A stretch of DNA of 63,874 nt, filler included, from Dugesia japonica (lineage: Eukaryota), in assembly GCA_001938525.1 (NCBI GenBank). It is 6 parts of 6 records of this genome, joined end to end, with 100 filler letters (N's around TTAATTAATTAA, not from the genome) between each part and the next. Parts side by side here need not be neighbours in the genome. Positions count along the whole stretch, not along the records: positions 1 to 17,882 come from MQRL01613344.1; 5 more parts are not named here. One strand, 5' to 3'. The notes beneath the pieces were generated by a model. The model ran no database searches and had not been told where the DNA came from. It worked only from the letters and a program-made list of their open reading frames with translations. The translations under genes and the position numbers were made by a program. Position 1 is the first letter of the stretch; every line of letters starts with the position of its first letter. Of the stretch, positions 1-14,249 are shown in pieces.

Positions 1-67
<67 letters not shown>
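1..67. repeat. (TAA)n microsatellite
   Basis: Perfect TAA trinucleotide run at the window start. Confidence 0.98.
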
Positions 68-68
<1 letters not shown>

Positions 69-979
69 TGTCATGCATTTGGAAGTAAATCAATTTTCTA
101 ATAAAATTCAAAGAAAACTTCAATCTATTAAAATAATTCACAAGAAAAAATCAAATAGTTTATTAATTGAAGAAAGAAAAGGAAATGTATGTCAATTAAA
201 TTTCCTTGTTTAATTAGAATATCTTTAATCATCAAATATTTTTTGGAAGTACATATTTTCCAAGCTCACTTGTAAAATGTTAAATATTTACTATTTTTTA
301 ATTTACGTTTGTTATAGTATTCAAACGTTTTTCATTAAAAAAATTATTTAATGCATATAATATTTTATAGATTGGTTAATTTTATCAGCAAATGGGATTT
401 GATTATGCCGACTAAACATACTTAGAAAGATACCAATAAAATCTTTTGAAATTTAGTAATTGTGTATCATATGTATAATATGGATTTCCCAAAACATGTT
501 TGGTATTTTTATGAATAGAATTTGAATTATATCAGTACTGTTATTGATTGAAAATTAATAAAATCAAACTTTCACAATTAAAANNNNNNNNNNNNNNNNN
601 NNNNNNNNNNNNNNNNNNNNNNNNNNNNNNNNNNNNNNNNNNNNNNNNNNNNNNNNNNNNNNNNNNAAAAGATAAAATGATAAATAAAATTTGATATAAA
701 CCATAAATAATTTTTTACTTAAAGAGAGTATCTAACAAAGTAATATGGACAAANNNNNNNNNNNNNNNNNNNNNNNNNNNNNNNNNNNNNNNNNNNNNNN
801 NNNNNNNNNNNNNNNNNNNNNNNNNNNNNNNNNNNNNNNNNNNNNNNNNNNNNNNNNNNNNNNNNNNNNNNNNNNNNNNNNNNNNNNNNNNNNNNNNNNN
901 NNNNNNNNNNNNNNNNNNNNNNNNNNNNNNNNNNNNNNNNNNNNNNNNNNNNNNNNNNNNNNNNNNNNNNNNNNNNNNN

Positions 980-1036
<57 letters not shown>

Positions 1037-1050
1037 GTTGTTGTTGTTGT
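980..1050. repeat. (TTA)n(TTG)n compound microsatellite
   Basis: Directly visible beside an N gap. Confidence 0.95.
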
Positions 1051-1339
1051 TTTGAGTATGTTTTGTAAAGCGAGTTGAAATTTTTGTGTGGTTGTGGATC
1101 ATTTTTCTTAAAATCTTTTTTTAAAAAAGATTTTAATTGTAGATTAAAATTTAAATAACGAATGAGTATTTGGTTTTAAATTTTAAATGACGATTTTAAT
1201 AATAAAGTAAAATTTTTAAATAACTTTAANNNNNNNNNNNNNNNNATGAAAAATGATAACCAATTAAAACATAGAATTTTAATTTGTTTGAATAAACAAA
1301 TGGTGTTGGATATAGTTTCTGTTTTCTGTATAAATCTTT

Positions 1340-2325
1340 TATGGAAATTAGTTTTGACATTAATGATCTGATGAGTATTTCAAACTCATCTAACATAGTG
1401 GTAGCGGTAAACACCGATGAGATCACAGAGAGGTTGTTGCCAAAAATATTTTGCAGAGGCAATGATCTAGAGAAGTTTATTAGACTGTGTGAAATATAAT
1501 TCGAGGCGAAGAACATTGTTATTAAGAAATATCAGGAGCGCTTGATAACTTGTATGGTTGATAAAGATTTATTGGAAGCATATGTGAAAACATTGAACAA
1601 AGCGGACGGATATCGAGAGAGATTGCAATTAGCTTTTGCGAGCAAGAAAGATGTAATAAAAGATTTACAGAATCTTGTAAGCTATTGTCGTGATGGTGAA
1701 GAACTTGAGGTGTTCTTTAAAAAAGTGGAAGACTTGGTCGATAGATTTTTAGCAAAAAGAGAGCTGCGAAAGAAAAACTCTTGGCAAAAATGCTAAAAAT
1801 TTGTGCAGACAGTAAAAAAGCAGAAGAAGAGATTATCATGCGCAAATTGGAGAAAGTAGAAGATATAAAAGAAACACTATCATTGATTGAAAAAATAGAA
1901 CCTATTAACGTAGTAAAAAGTTACGCGGGTGTAAAACGTAGAGAACGTCGCGGAGAGAGAAGAAAAAAAGTCGAGAGAGTTACAAAAAGAACAGAACCAC
2001 ATTGTTGGACATGCCAGAGTTGTGGGCACACAAAAAAAGTGTCCACAAAATTCTCATATGGAATGTTGGACTTGTCACAAAAAAGGCATTTATGTAGAAA
2101 TTGTCCAGACAATTAACCGCCAAAATGTTTTGGGTGTGTAAGATTGGTCACATCAGAAGGATGTGCACAGAAATTGTATGCAGTAGATGTAAAAGACCGG
2201 GTCACAGAACGAAAGAATGTTATTTGAACATTAATAAATCAAGACTAGAAGAGAGAATATACAATTTTAAAAGCGGACAACCAACTAAAGATCATTATTA
2301 TTATTGTTATTATTTTTATTACTAG
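1340..2325 (+). mobile_element. gag: Degenerate Ty3/Gypsy gag with several CCHC zinc knuckles
   Basis: Frameshifted ORFs 1542-1796, 1781-2116 and 2101-2325 contain CWTCQSCGH, CKIGHIRRMC and CSRCKRPGHRTKEC. Resembles the gag at 50373-50762 (EPINVVKSY vs EEINVVRNY; CWTC). Confidence 0.8.
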
Positions 2326-5300
2326 TATAAGATCATAATCTTAAGAGAAGTGAGCATATATAAAATTGTTACAATGGTTAAAATATTTATTCTTAAGAAA
2401 GAAATTGATTGTATTTGCTTCCACTTAATATATGGTTATAAGCGTCTCGCATGATTCATTAATGGTACAAATAGACCAAATAGAATAACTAGCAAGATAT
2501 CTTTCAGAAACTACATATAAAGTATGTGAATGAAGTTCCAGTTAATATCGCCATACGGAATATTCTAGTTGGATTCGTTAAACTATGACGTATGCTTATG
2601 ATTATCACGATAATTATTACGGATTAATTTTACTATCATTAATAACATTATTGCTCCGCTACGATAAAAGAATAAGTCCCNTTTTTCTTCTTTGGAATAT
2701 CCCCGACCACTCAAAGGAGGCTAGTAATAATCTCTCAGACTCTTGCTTTTAGTCAGAAATTGATCATTTTATCTTTAGATAATGTCGAGTTATCCGCACA
2801 TCTTATTCAAAATAATCCGTCATGAACATGAGCTTGTATGATTATATCAATTGTTATTCCACCTGCTATACCCTGACACGGTTGAACATCCCGACAAAAC
2901 GGATTTAGCTTGCCTTGCGGGGATGTTTCAAAAAGTCAATTCCTGACGAAGACAAGGTCGAAATATCGAATTGTTATCCAATATCAATAATTAAAACCTN
3001 NNNNNNNNNNNNNNNNNNNNNNNNNNNNNNNNNNNNNNNNNNNNNNNNNNNNNNNNNNNNNNNNNNNNNNNNNNNNNNNNNNNNNNNNNNNNNNNNNNNN
3101 NNNNNNNNNNNNNNNNNNNNNNNNNNNNNNNNNNNNNNNNNNNNNNNNNNNNNNNNNNNNNNNNNNNNNNNNNNNNNATAGAATTCCTGACACAATACGT
3201 CTCCTACCTAGCCACCGTGTGTAGCACACGAGCTATCATGACCATTTATCCGTGGAATGACTTAGCTTCATTTGATATTGACGATGAAGTACCACGTGGT
3301 CAAGAATTCTATATTTTTAGATGTACAAATAAATTTTTAGCTGATAAAATCTTCTCTTCAAATTCATAGCATTATGGTGTTGAAATATTGAACCCGAATA
3401 CTGGCATGAACTCAAACTACGGGTTACAAGCTGCTTTCCTGAAAATCTAGATTAGATTAAACTCTTAGAGTGGTTCTATTGAGTGACCGACCCCCCTACC
3501 ATAAAATAAAACATCCAAACCAGGCGGAACCTTAAAATTAATATTATTATAACTATTAAAATGAGTAGTTCAAGAAAATTTATTCTTCAAACAAACATCT
3601 AAAAGTAAAATAAGATAACATAATAATAAACTTTTTACTAAATTGATTTGTAAAAATAATTGCAAAAAGATTAAAAAACCCCAAACTACTCGAAGCAACC
3701 ACAAGAAGACTAAAAATATCCCGTACGCATAAGCTTAAAAATAAATTAAATTCAAAATTATTTTTGAAAAGTTACTGTAAGCCTCTATCAGAAATATTTA
3801 ATAGCAATAATTGATGTTATCAGGCCACGTACTAGGATAAGAACCATACATTTATGTTCCGTTGTGGGCCCTTAAAAACACTTTGTACTCATACAACAGA
3901 ATTATTACATTTCTAGATAAATCTTGAAGTTCAGCTTTAGCAAATTTGTAAGTGTATTACAAAAATCATTCTTAAGTTCTGTCATAAATTCGAAATCAAC
4001 CAATAATAAAGTAATCAGTAATACATACAAGTCTATATGCAGTCATATTAAGATTAAAGATGTTATGTTGGTAATTCTTTTCAAAATTAATTAATTTGTG
4101 ATTAAAAGAAAAACAAATAAAAAAAATTTTACCAAACTTTCGAAATAAATTTAATAAAATAAATAAATAAAGCGAACAGATTTCTAAAAAATGTTTATTT
4201 AAAATAGCAATTGTAAGAGAGTTAAGATAAAGTCACACAATAAGATGGATTTTCATTTTAAATAATAAATAAATAAATTTTACGAAATAAATTTATCAAA
4301 ACTAAAATACAATTTTATAATGATCTTAGGAATGACAAAAAAGATTTTATCCATTCCAATATTATCATCAGCGTTACTATTGTGATCTAATTATACTTGC
4401 TACCAATCATTCACTAAATGTAGTGGTTTACAGTAATTTTAAAATAGTACCACTGTCTCCCAAACTACACAATACTATAGATGTTTATTATAATCGTACA
4501 TGCAAATCTATTCTAATTCTATCAAATTAGATTCCTTTATCAATCATTGAATGTGTTGAAAACATGAAAGAATCACCAACTGAGAGGTTTACTTCGCAAG
4601 CATCCATACTCCGGATCATGACAATTACTATACAGCGTGCATCTTTATTATTTCTGTAAAAGAGTTTGGTCATCTATTTTTGTTTTTTCAACTGAACTCA
4701 GAATGTCAAAAATATTATTTGAACGTTATATATTCAGAATTGTTAGGTACTTACTCTTCTGTGATCTTATCTATCAACTAATGATTTAATTAATTTAGGA
4801 CGAACGGAAACACCCCTCAAAAACAATTTTCACCTATTTAACAATCGATCTGTTCTCTCATTTGGTGCAGAGCTGCAGCTTCTGGCGATAATAAAATAAC
4901 GGTGCAATGACTAATAAGAGTAACCTTCACACTCTAACTACCAATAAAAAGTATTTAGTCACGCTGAAATCCTATTGATTACACTCGAGCTCTCTAATTT
5001 TATTTTTATAGTTGATAAATAATTGCGTGCTAAGTAAATTTAATAAGACAAAAAAATCTTAATAAACTCAATACATTCAATAACCGTAATGTATTTGGCA
5101 AACCTAGTATNGTCAAGAAGCTTATTTATTCAATATAATTAATTATATCTGTTAGATGAGTTTGAAGTACTCAATGGATAATTAATGTCAGAACTCGTTT
5201 CCATAAAAGATTTATTCACAAAACAAAACTTCATCCATCATTATTTGTTTATTCAAATTAGGAATCATTTTTCAATAAATTTAAAATTTTAGATTAAATT

Positions 5301-7399
5301 TTCATTTAAAATAATTTTAAAAATTCAAATAAAATAATCAAAATCCCATTTAAAATTTCTCTAAAATTTTAAATAAAATAATCATTTATTATTAAAATCT
5401 TATTTAAAATTCTAAAAATCTACAATAAATTGTGTATAATAAATTAATAAATAATAAATAGAATATAAATTAATCCTTAAACTATTCATAATTTTTNNNN
5501 NNNNNNNNNNNNNNNNNNNNNNNNNNNNNNNNNNNNNNNNNNNNNNNNNNNNNNNNNNNNNNNGATTTTAAGAAAATGATTTCCAGCCAAAGCACAAAAA
5601 TTTCAACTCGCTTTTCAAAACATGTCCACAATATCAATACATTATATTTTACATATATTCTTAATTCAGTAAAACTACTTAATTTATAAATGAAATAATT
5701 AATTAAATAATTCAAATTCAATACAATAAACCAAATACATACATTGAATACATACATTTAATATAACCAAAGAACTCGAATAAACCAAATATACCTAATA
5801 AAAAAATACATTGCACTCAGAGAAAATCAAATTACACTTAAACACAAACTGTTTAGCATATTAAATACACTTAAAATAATAATAATACTAGAAACAAAAT
5901 TCTTTTAACACCCAAAACAGTCAAAAATAAGATTTATAACACTAAAAATCAAAATTCAAATATTATTATAAACCGAGAAATATATTTAAATATTAATTGA
6001 GAAGGAATCTAATTTTAATTACTCGGGAGAATTTTTTTATCAACCAAGGATAATTTTATTCTTCGCTGCGAAAATATTTTATATTTAATTGAATTTTAAA
6101 TATTTTGAATTTTGTAAATTTTGTAAATAGGTAGATAGTGCAGTACTAAACCACCCTTCCTCGTCGACAATATGGTTTAGAATTCTTGTATTTTGATTAG
6201 TCGAAGATATTTCTAATTACCGATGAGTCATTTATTGCTTCTCGCTGTAAGTTTGTAAATGTGTCAGGTTTGGCTAATTATTTACCTACTTACAAATAAT
6301 TTTATTTGTAATACTTTTATTTGTAAGTAGCTGTATTCAAAAAATAAATAAATAAGTTTTAATTTTATCGAGCAATTTAAATTTAAATAATGATAGATTT
6401 AGCGAGTAATTTAAATGTTGTTTAGATGTTACATGCAAATTTAATTTTTGTTTTATTAATTCAGTTTATATATTTTTAATGATTGAATTTTAAATTTATA
6501 GTTTACATTAATTATTAAAATTTTAATAATAGTGTTAGGGTGAAACACCTGGGTTGAGATGAAAAACAAGGCCAGAAGCCAAATCGGAAAATAATAAGGA
6601 AGGGGGGGTCAAAAGGAAAATCAATTAAGAATAATTATATGGCTAAAGTATAATGACTACAATTAATAAAAGACCAATGGAAAAGAAAATGGGAATGAAA
6701 ATCACAGTTAAACGAATCCAACTCTCATCAATTCCAATAATTAAAGGAAATTATTAAAATATTAATAAAAGATAAGAAAATCATCAGAAAATAATAATTA
6801 ATTAATGAAGGAAAAATTAATTAATTTATTGTAAAAAAGAATTAAAATTAGGCAAAAAATCAGTTTTGGTCGAATAGCTCGTCCCCAGGAAAATCATGGA
6901 TACTTGGAAGAAGAAAATCTGAAAAGGAAATATTAAGGGGCAATAGGATTGCCTAACGAGAAAATTCCATCATTATCAGGAGGACCCCTACAAAGATTTG
7001 AAGTATGGGCCAATAAGGGGCNNNNNNNNNNNNNNNNNNNNNNNNNNNNNNNNNNNNNNNNNNNNNNNNNNAGAAATGAAAAATAAAACAAAGACCAGAA
7101 AATCACATGTTGACTTAAAAATAGACAGCAATAGAAGTTCTAAAAATCTTGGAAAAAAACTGAAAATTGGCACCATCGCCAATGAGAAGCAAGAAATTAA
7201 AAATAGAACACCAATGAAGGCAGTGTAAGGATGTAATCAGAAATGGTATAAAACCCCCCGGATTTTAGTCGAAAAACAACAAATTTTTGCTAATATTTGA
7301 GCGTACAAAACTCAATCCCATTTTCTCAACTTTATTAAGTGATTTGTATTGCGGCTATCTAGAAGGAAATTAGGCGATAGCCGTTCCTAATAACCGATG

Positions 7400-9075
7400 A
7401 CTCAATTCCCTAGCTGGTTAATGATAAACAATGTTGATAACTCAACCACTCGACGGGTGACGATAATAACCAAGCATGCACTCATCAGACTAACAGCTAT
7501 ACACGTTCGTATGACATCAGCATCCGCATAACATAACAGGCATGTGTGTTTTATTTACATACTCTAGATTTGATCTTATGACTGGTTTTATTGTCAATAG
7601 TAGATTCCAGAATTTTCATTTTGCTTCAACATACTGTAGCGATGGACACATTAAATAGGACAAGTATTAGTATTATGATTCTCAGGGCCTCAGTACTGCG
7701 ATTGTTTCGACCTCACTGATATTACAATCATCCACATTAATTTTGACGGAGGCAGAACTATTATGATTAAAAATGTCAAATAACTATCCGACCCTAATTT
7801 GGTATCAGTTATCAGTCTGAATTCCTGCTAAATAACATTATTATATTGATCCCCGTTGTTATGGTACCTATTATTATACATGTGACTGATATGATTAATA
7901 GTATTATTAGTGTTCATCGTACCTCTGTTATGAAAGGTGTATCTATGTTAGCCGGTCACCTTCGTTGTTAATATTATTCGTATTATCATCAGCGAAATAA
8001 TAATCATTGCTGTTATCTTCATATTTGCCACCAATAACAGTGGTGCTATTATTAAGTAGCTATATCATTCAGGTGGTTATGACGAGTCCAATCATCAACA
8101 TCATTATTAAATTACTCATTGCCGAAGATATTGTAAATATCATCATTATTAAGTTTCAATTAGAATTATAATAGATAGATATACCTACCAGCATTATTAA
8201 TATTACTATTATATATGTTATTATTATTATTATTAATTATTATCATTTACTATCATAATCATCATTATTATTATAACTATTAGAAATTATTTCATTACTA
8301 TCATGATCATCATTAGTATTACTACTATTATTATGAGTATTATTATTAGTATTACGGTTATCATGATCGGTTTAAGTTCTATTATTAAATTGGATAGTAT
8401 AATTATGCTCCAGGAGTGCGACTGTTAGGATACTTATTATCAACGTCACTATTCCTGTACGTTTTTAATTGTTAATAACGGACTTCCTGCTGACAACAAT
8501 TCTGCTAGGCCAGGTAATAACTCTAGAATCAGGGGAATACCTTGTTGTGAATAATGATCACACCTAAGAAATTTTGAGACATCAATTTCTCTTAAAACTG
8601 TACCTATCGATAGGACCATAATTAGGTCGAGAAAAACTTAGTTTTAACTTTACATTATTTAGGATATGCCTGCTGAGCTAACAAATGCACTATTCTTGAT
8701 TCGGAAGCAGCGTAAATCGGCTCGGCTCAAACAGCTCATCGGCCACCGCTTGTTTTCCCATCTGGTGGAGTATCCTGATGAGACAGACTTACAATGTTTC
8801 GTCGAGTTGTTCCCATTGGGTTTTAACGTAGACATGGACGAGGAAAATTAATAATAACATTAATTCATGCTCCAGTTGTCCTGTCAGTTTCATTAAATAA
8901 GACTAAATTTGGATCATTTTATTAAAACTGGTTTCTAAAATAAAATATTAATTTAAAAAATGAAATTAAAAATACTGACTTTGAAATCATAGATAATCGG
9001 CGTCTTCAAAAAGAACATCTTATAATGGTGGAAATCAATAATTTTTCCTTGTTCCACAATTATTGTTCATACCAT
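7400..9075 (-). pseudogene. Decayed intron-containing orphan gene ('gene B', copy 1)
   Basis: Exon 1 9075-8980 reads MV*TIIVEQGKIIDFHHYKMFFLKTPIIYDFK, then a GT-AG intron (8979-8935), KPVLIK and stop-interrupted frames including an Asn/Asp-rich tract (~8100-8400). Homologous to 62064-62245. The 3' limit is approximate. Confidence 0.55.
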
Positions 9076-9305
9076 TTTTTTATTGAGTTAGTTTACTTGA
9101 ATTTGTGATTTTTAATAGTGATTAAGTTAATGTAAACCTTTGCTTATTTTCTAGCTGCGATACACACATACTCATTATTTGTAAGTTTCTATTGGTCAAT
9201 GTTTGCCTAAATTGATATGATTCGATAATATTGGTTTTACTAGTTATGATTGGTTACCAGGTTTATATAAATAGGACATATTTTTAAAAATAAATTCACT
9301 TTTTC
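9076..9305. promoter_or_regulatory. Putative bidirectional CCAAT/TATA promoter, copy 1
   Basis: Three ATTGG boxes followed by TATATAAATAGG between two divergent spliced ORFs. Conserved in inverted orientation at 61831-62060. Confidence 0.55.
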
Positions 9306-9320
9306 CAAAAATTCTTTTTA

Positions 9321-9782
9321 ATGCTTTTGAAAATTATTTTGAAAANNNNNNNNNNNNNNNNNNNNNNNNNAAAAATATTGCTAACCAGGAAAGATTAGAA
9401 AATATAATTGAAGCTATTGATCACGGAACCAAGAATATTCAAAATAAAAGAAGAAACAATCATTAAAGATAAACAAAAACCAGATCATGAAAAGATGGAA
9501 AATACATCCCATAATAATGAAAATGTTCATTTTGAAAATATCGATGAAAAATATCAACATTATTATGGTAAGAGTTTAATTTATTATTACTTAATTTAAT
9601 TTTTTTAAGAATTAGCGAAGCAAATATTAAATGAATGGTTTCCAGAATTTCTTAATGATTTCATGTTGTTGACCAAAGAGAAATATTTTGATCATGCCTT
9701 GAAAATAACTGCAATAGATATAGATCTAATTATGGACAATTTCATCCAAGAACTCCATCTCATACATAAATATCAAGTCTGA
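9321..9782 (+). pseudogene. Two-exon orphan gene ('gene A', copy 1; probable frameshift in exon 1)
   Basis: Exon 1 ends ...VHFENIDEKYQHYY at G|gtaag. Intron 9568-9609. Open exon 2 (9610-9782) reads ELAKQILNEWFPEFLNDF...ELHLIHKYQV*. Exon 1 is homologous to ORF 61579-61830. Confidence 0.55.
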
Positions 9783-12482
9783 TCAAAAATACAACCACCA
9801 TAGTCACATTCACACCACCTTTCCCACAAGCCATCAACCACCAAGATCTATCAACTACCCACATACCTATATAACTCCAAAAAATGAACGCGCGATAACC
9901 CATACCATGTGCTAGTGCACTACCACCCCTTGTAGACCAGACCATCCATCCTAAACCATAAGTCTTTTAGACCATATATAGACAGTATTTTTATTCCAAC
10001 ACGCATATATCATAAAGCCCCCAAAAAAATTAAAATCAATAGTTGCATAGTGCAATCAAGTTCTCTTATACTCTTACACACACACGCTCTCTACCTAACC
10101 AACTTCAACTTACCCACAAGAACTTTCCNNNNNNNNNNNNNNNNNNNNNNNNNNNNNNNNNNNNNNNNNNNNNNNNNNNNNNNNNNNNNNNNNNNNNNNN
10201 NNNNNNNNNNNNNNNNNNNNNNNNNNNNNNNAAAAAATCCACGACAACCCATACCGAAATTCTAGCATAAAGTTATGATTTATCGCTAAGGATGGAGCGC
10301 GATAATTAGTGCTAGTGCGCTACTATCTACTTACTTCTAAGTAGGTAGATCTCCTAAGTGATTGATTCATGTCCATTACTGATACTGGTGATTTATATTA
10401 TTTATTACATAATACTTTTAAACCAACACAATAAAAATTGTAATATATTAAATAAAAATTATAAAACAATACGCCAAATTTACAATCAAACTTTTAAATT
10501 ATAAGCAATTATACAAAAAATCTAAACTAATACATAAAATTTCGAAACCTAACTTATAAAATTTTAAGGCATTAAATAACAATCTAAATGAATACATAAA
10601 AATTTGAAACTAATACACTCAAATTGTAATCAAACACATAAAAATTAATGCTTAACATGAAAATTTTAAAAAATTAGAATCTATAACATTACATTGTAAT
10701 CTTACAGAAAAAATTAAAAATCTGACATAGAAAATAATTATTCCAAAATATAAAAATTAGAATATGTCACACTAATCTAACATAAAAATTTGAAATCCAT
10801 CAAAGAAAATATTAAACCAACATATAAAAGTTACATAAATCACACGATAAATTAAAATCTAACATAAAAATTCAAAACCAACTTTGTAAAATTAACTTAT
10901 TACATTCAATTCTTTGATACAATTAAGACTTATAATATACTCAATCTATTTAATATATTCAATATAATNTTTCAATTAATCAAATTTAATAAAAGCATTC
11001 AATACCTTCGACCTATATATTTCATCAAGATTACTTGATTACTCTATTCAATACAGTCATAAAGCCAATAATCATAGCAAGCATGACAAACGTTATAAGT
11101 TAAATCCAATATACCTAATAAACTAAAAAACACTCGGAAATCTAAATAAACCAAAAAGAATACACTCATAAAGCTAATACAATGTATCCACTAATCTTAT
11201 CACCATAGTTAATTAATTTAATGTTTAATTCACTTAACCTACTTAATTAATAAATTAATTAAATAATTAATTAAATCAATCAGATCTTATAACAATTATA
11301 TTGACCCTTAATGTAAAAAATTAACTCAAAAATTTAAATAGATATTAAAAACACTGAAATAATATAAACAGCGGGAAAAAAATTTGAAAAATCAAACAGT
11401 TTAATTAAACTCTAAAATACTACTAAGATGAAATTAAAATATAAACAGAGGCAAAACTTTAAAATATTACTAGGTGCAGGGAGTTTAAGAACAATCTTAT
11501 AAAACTTAGTCTACGTTAAAATATTATGTAAAAAAATTATAGAATAAACATTAATCTAATTAAAATCCATCAACAATTAAATATCACTGTGTAAAATTCC
11601 AAAATAGACTACTAAAGTCTTATTTAGAAAATTAAATGCCACTGTAAAATTCCTATATAAAAAATTAAATACCATTGAGGAAAAATTAGATAGTAAAATT
11701 TTAACCTAATTAAAATTCTTAAAATTAACTGTTTAAAATATTACCCGTAAATCTACAGAATAAAATTAAAATCTAAAATTGACTATTGAAAACCAATCGA
11801 GTAAAATTCTTATATAACACTATATATTTAAATTATTAGTTTAAGTGTAAGTATAATTTATTATGTATTTATAATTATGTATTCATTATGTCTTATTTAT
11901 TATGTATTTATAATTTATAATAATTATTTGCGATTTATAAAAAATGAATATAATTTAAAAATTAATGTTTACAATAAATTAAATTAAAATATTTAAGGGA
12001 AAATTCCCTATATAAATTTAAATAATTTTAAAAAATTTGAATAAATCCAAAAATTTCGAAAAAATTCGAACTAGGCACACAAAAAGTACGAGCAAAAGTT
12101 ATGAAATCGCACATAAATTTTGCTAGCCGCCTATTTACATAGCGAATTTTCCAAACTACTTTTTGCATACTAGTTGGGGGAGGTAGTGTGGTGCGCTCAT
12201 ATCCTACTACTGTTGTGTTAAAAGTTTGTCATAATTAGCTAGCATATGATACCAGTTTGTCCTTGCTGATGTTGTGTAGATAATCTATCCCCCTAGCATA
12301 AAAATTAATAGTAGAGCAAGAATCATCTCCAAGCGAGTTATGAATTTATCTCACCATGCTAATGAGTTGTCACTGACAAATTTATAGTTTATTTAACGAC
12401 AAAATTTCAGGCAGTTCAGGTTTTTATTGGCTTATGAGATTAATTATTCACAACTACCCTGTGAGATTATTATTAGCAAGAG

Positions 12483-12485
<3 letters not shown>

Positions 12486-12540
<55 letters not shown>

Positions 12541-12590
12541 NNNNNNNNNNNNNNNNNNNNNNNNNNNNNNNNNNNNNNNNNNNNNNNNNN

Positions 12591-12659
<69 letters not shown>
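12486..12659. repeat. (AAT)n microsatellite spanning a gap
   Basis: Directly visible. Confidence 0.98.
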
Positions 12660-12660
<1 letters not shown>

Positions 12661-13444
12661 GACATTAATGCTGACAATCATAAAACCCGATTACCAAACC
12701 AGTCGTGTCACTACTGATAATCAATGTTAGCAAGGATACGGGAAAACAGGTGGTTCTGCTAAGGATGCGGGTGTTAGTTGATTTCTCGCGATAGTTGATG
12801 GTTTTATATGTTGACAAAAATAAACTCAGAGAATTCATTCTGCTGAGCAGAATTAGATAATTAATTTGACTACTGACCTTGTTTAAAGACAGATAGTTCG
12901 TTTCTAATTAATTACTTGCTCTGATAAGTGGTTTAATTTTCAGTAGATAAACATGAATGGAATTCTATAATTAATCTAATGGAAGAAAATAATGCGTTAG
13001 TAAGTGGAAAACAGCTGTTCATATTTGGAAAATAGTATAATAGTCTTAATTACGAAATTTGTTATTATTTGCAAATGAATTAAGTTTTATTTATTAAGAT
13101 TCTCTTAAACAAGTCATGAATTATGAATGAAATATATTAATAACAACATAAATTAGTTAAACATAGTAAAACAAAAGATCACTTGAGTTAATTGATTTCA
13201 TATGTCTTAATTATACTTGACTATACTCCTTCTTCCTGATTCCAATTATTTTTCAAATTTTTTACATTCCTTAATTATTTCTGCTTTAATTAATTGTCAA
13301 TTATTTCTATTTTTATTATTTGTAAAATAGCTTTTCTTAGTCATCTTTAACTGAATTATTTGATTAATGGGCCCTCTGTTTTGGGTCCCTCCTTTATTAT
13401 CTTTTCTTTCTGGGTGTTCCACCCCAATATTATTATTAACATTA

Positions 13445-14235
13445 CACCCATACCTAGCTTTACGGCCTAGTTACGTTCCACGAAACTTCGCCGCAAAGCG
13501 AAAAGCCGTATAAGGAATCAATTATTATAATACAAATTCAATGGGATCGGTTCCAAATTTGTTAAATATGTAACATGGTTTATCATTCAAAATGCATTTT
13601 ATCTTTTTATTTCATTTAAATCAAATATACATACATAGCAAGTACATAAAATAATAACACAATTTTTTTAAAATGGCTTTAATCTGAAGACGATGAAGAA
13701 ATGGTAGCCTGCAGATCACTGTTATCATCATTTTTCGCTGGTAAGGATGGGCCTAGCTTAAAAAAATTGTCCAACGTTGTCTTGCCTTCTTATCTATTTC
13801 GTTCTTCAGTGATTTATAACAGCTAATGGCTGAGTTAATTCCTCGAGAAACATTAGCGCTACGTTCGGCGCCAGGATCGTTTTCAAGGAGGATGTTTATA
13901 CCTTATTCGAAATAGGAAAAAGCCTTCGACAATTTTTTTGTTGTTAGCTGTTTGGATACAACAGGCTCTGTCTCTTCATCAAATGCCGGTTCTGCTTGCA
14001 ACTGAATGAGTTCTTCATATGAAAGGGGTTCCCTATCAGCTTCAAGTCGATCAAGCACATCACGTTTGTTAAAACCTTCAAAGCCGAGATCATGTGCTAG
14101 ATCCAAAATGTTTTGCTTAATTTCAGGAAGGAAATTAACTTCTGCATCAGTACTTTTTACACATTCTGGTCATATTTTTTTCCAAACATGGTTCATTGTT
14201 GTTAATTCTAAGTCCTTCCATGATTCACTGATCTA
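13445..14235 (-). mobile_element. pogo/Tigger DNA transposon, 3' part with terminal inverted repeat
   Basis: Minus-strand translation resembles a TIGD1/Tigger C-terminus (SWKDLELTTMNHVWKKI*P...LAHDLGFEGF...EPLSYEEL...ENDPGAERSANV). Terminus CACCCATACCTAGCTTTACG is preceded by a TA target site at 13443-13444. Confidence 0.8.
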
Positions 14236-14249
14236 TAATTTTGCTTAAA

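Noticed and set aside
719-1102. Poly-N/Y/I/L ORFs here and at 12427-12730 and 38537-38867
   Set aside because: Translations of microsatellites and N gaps.
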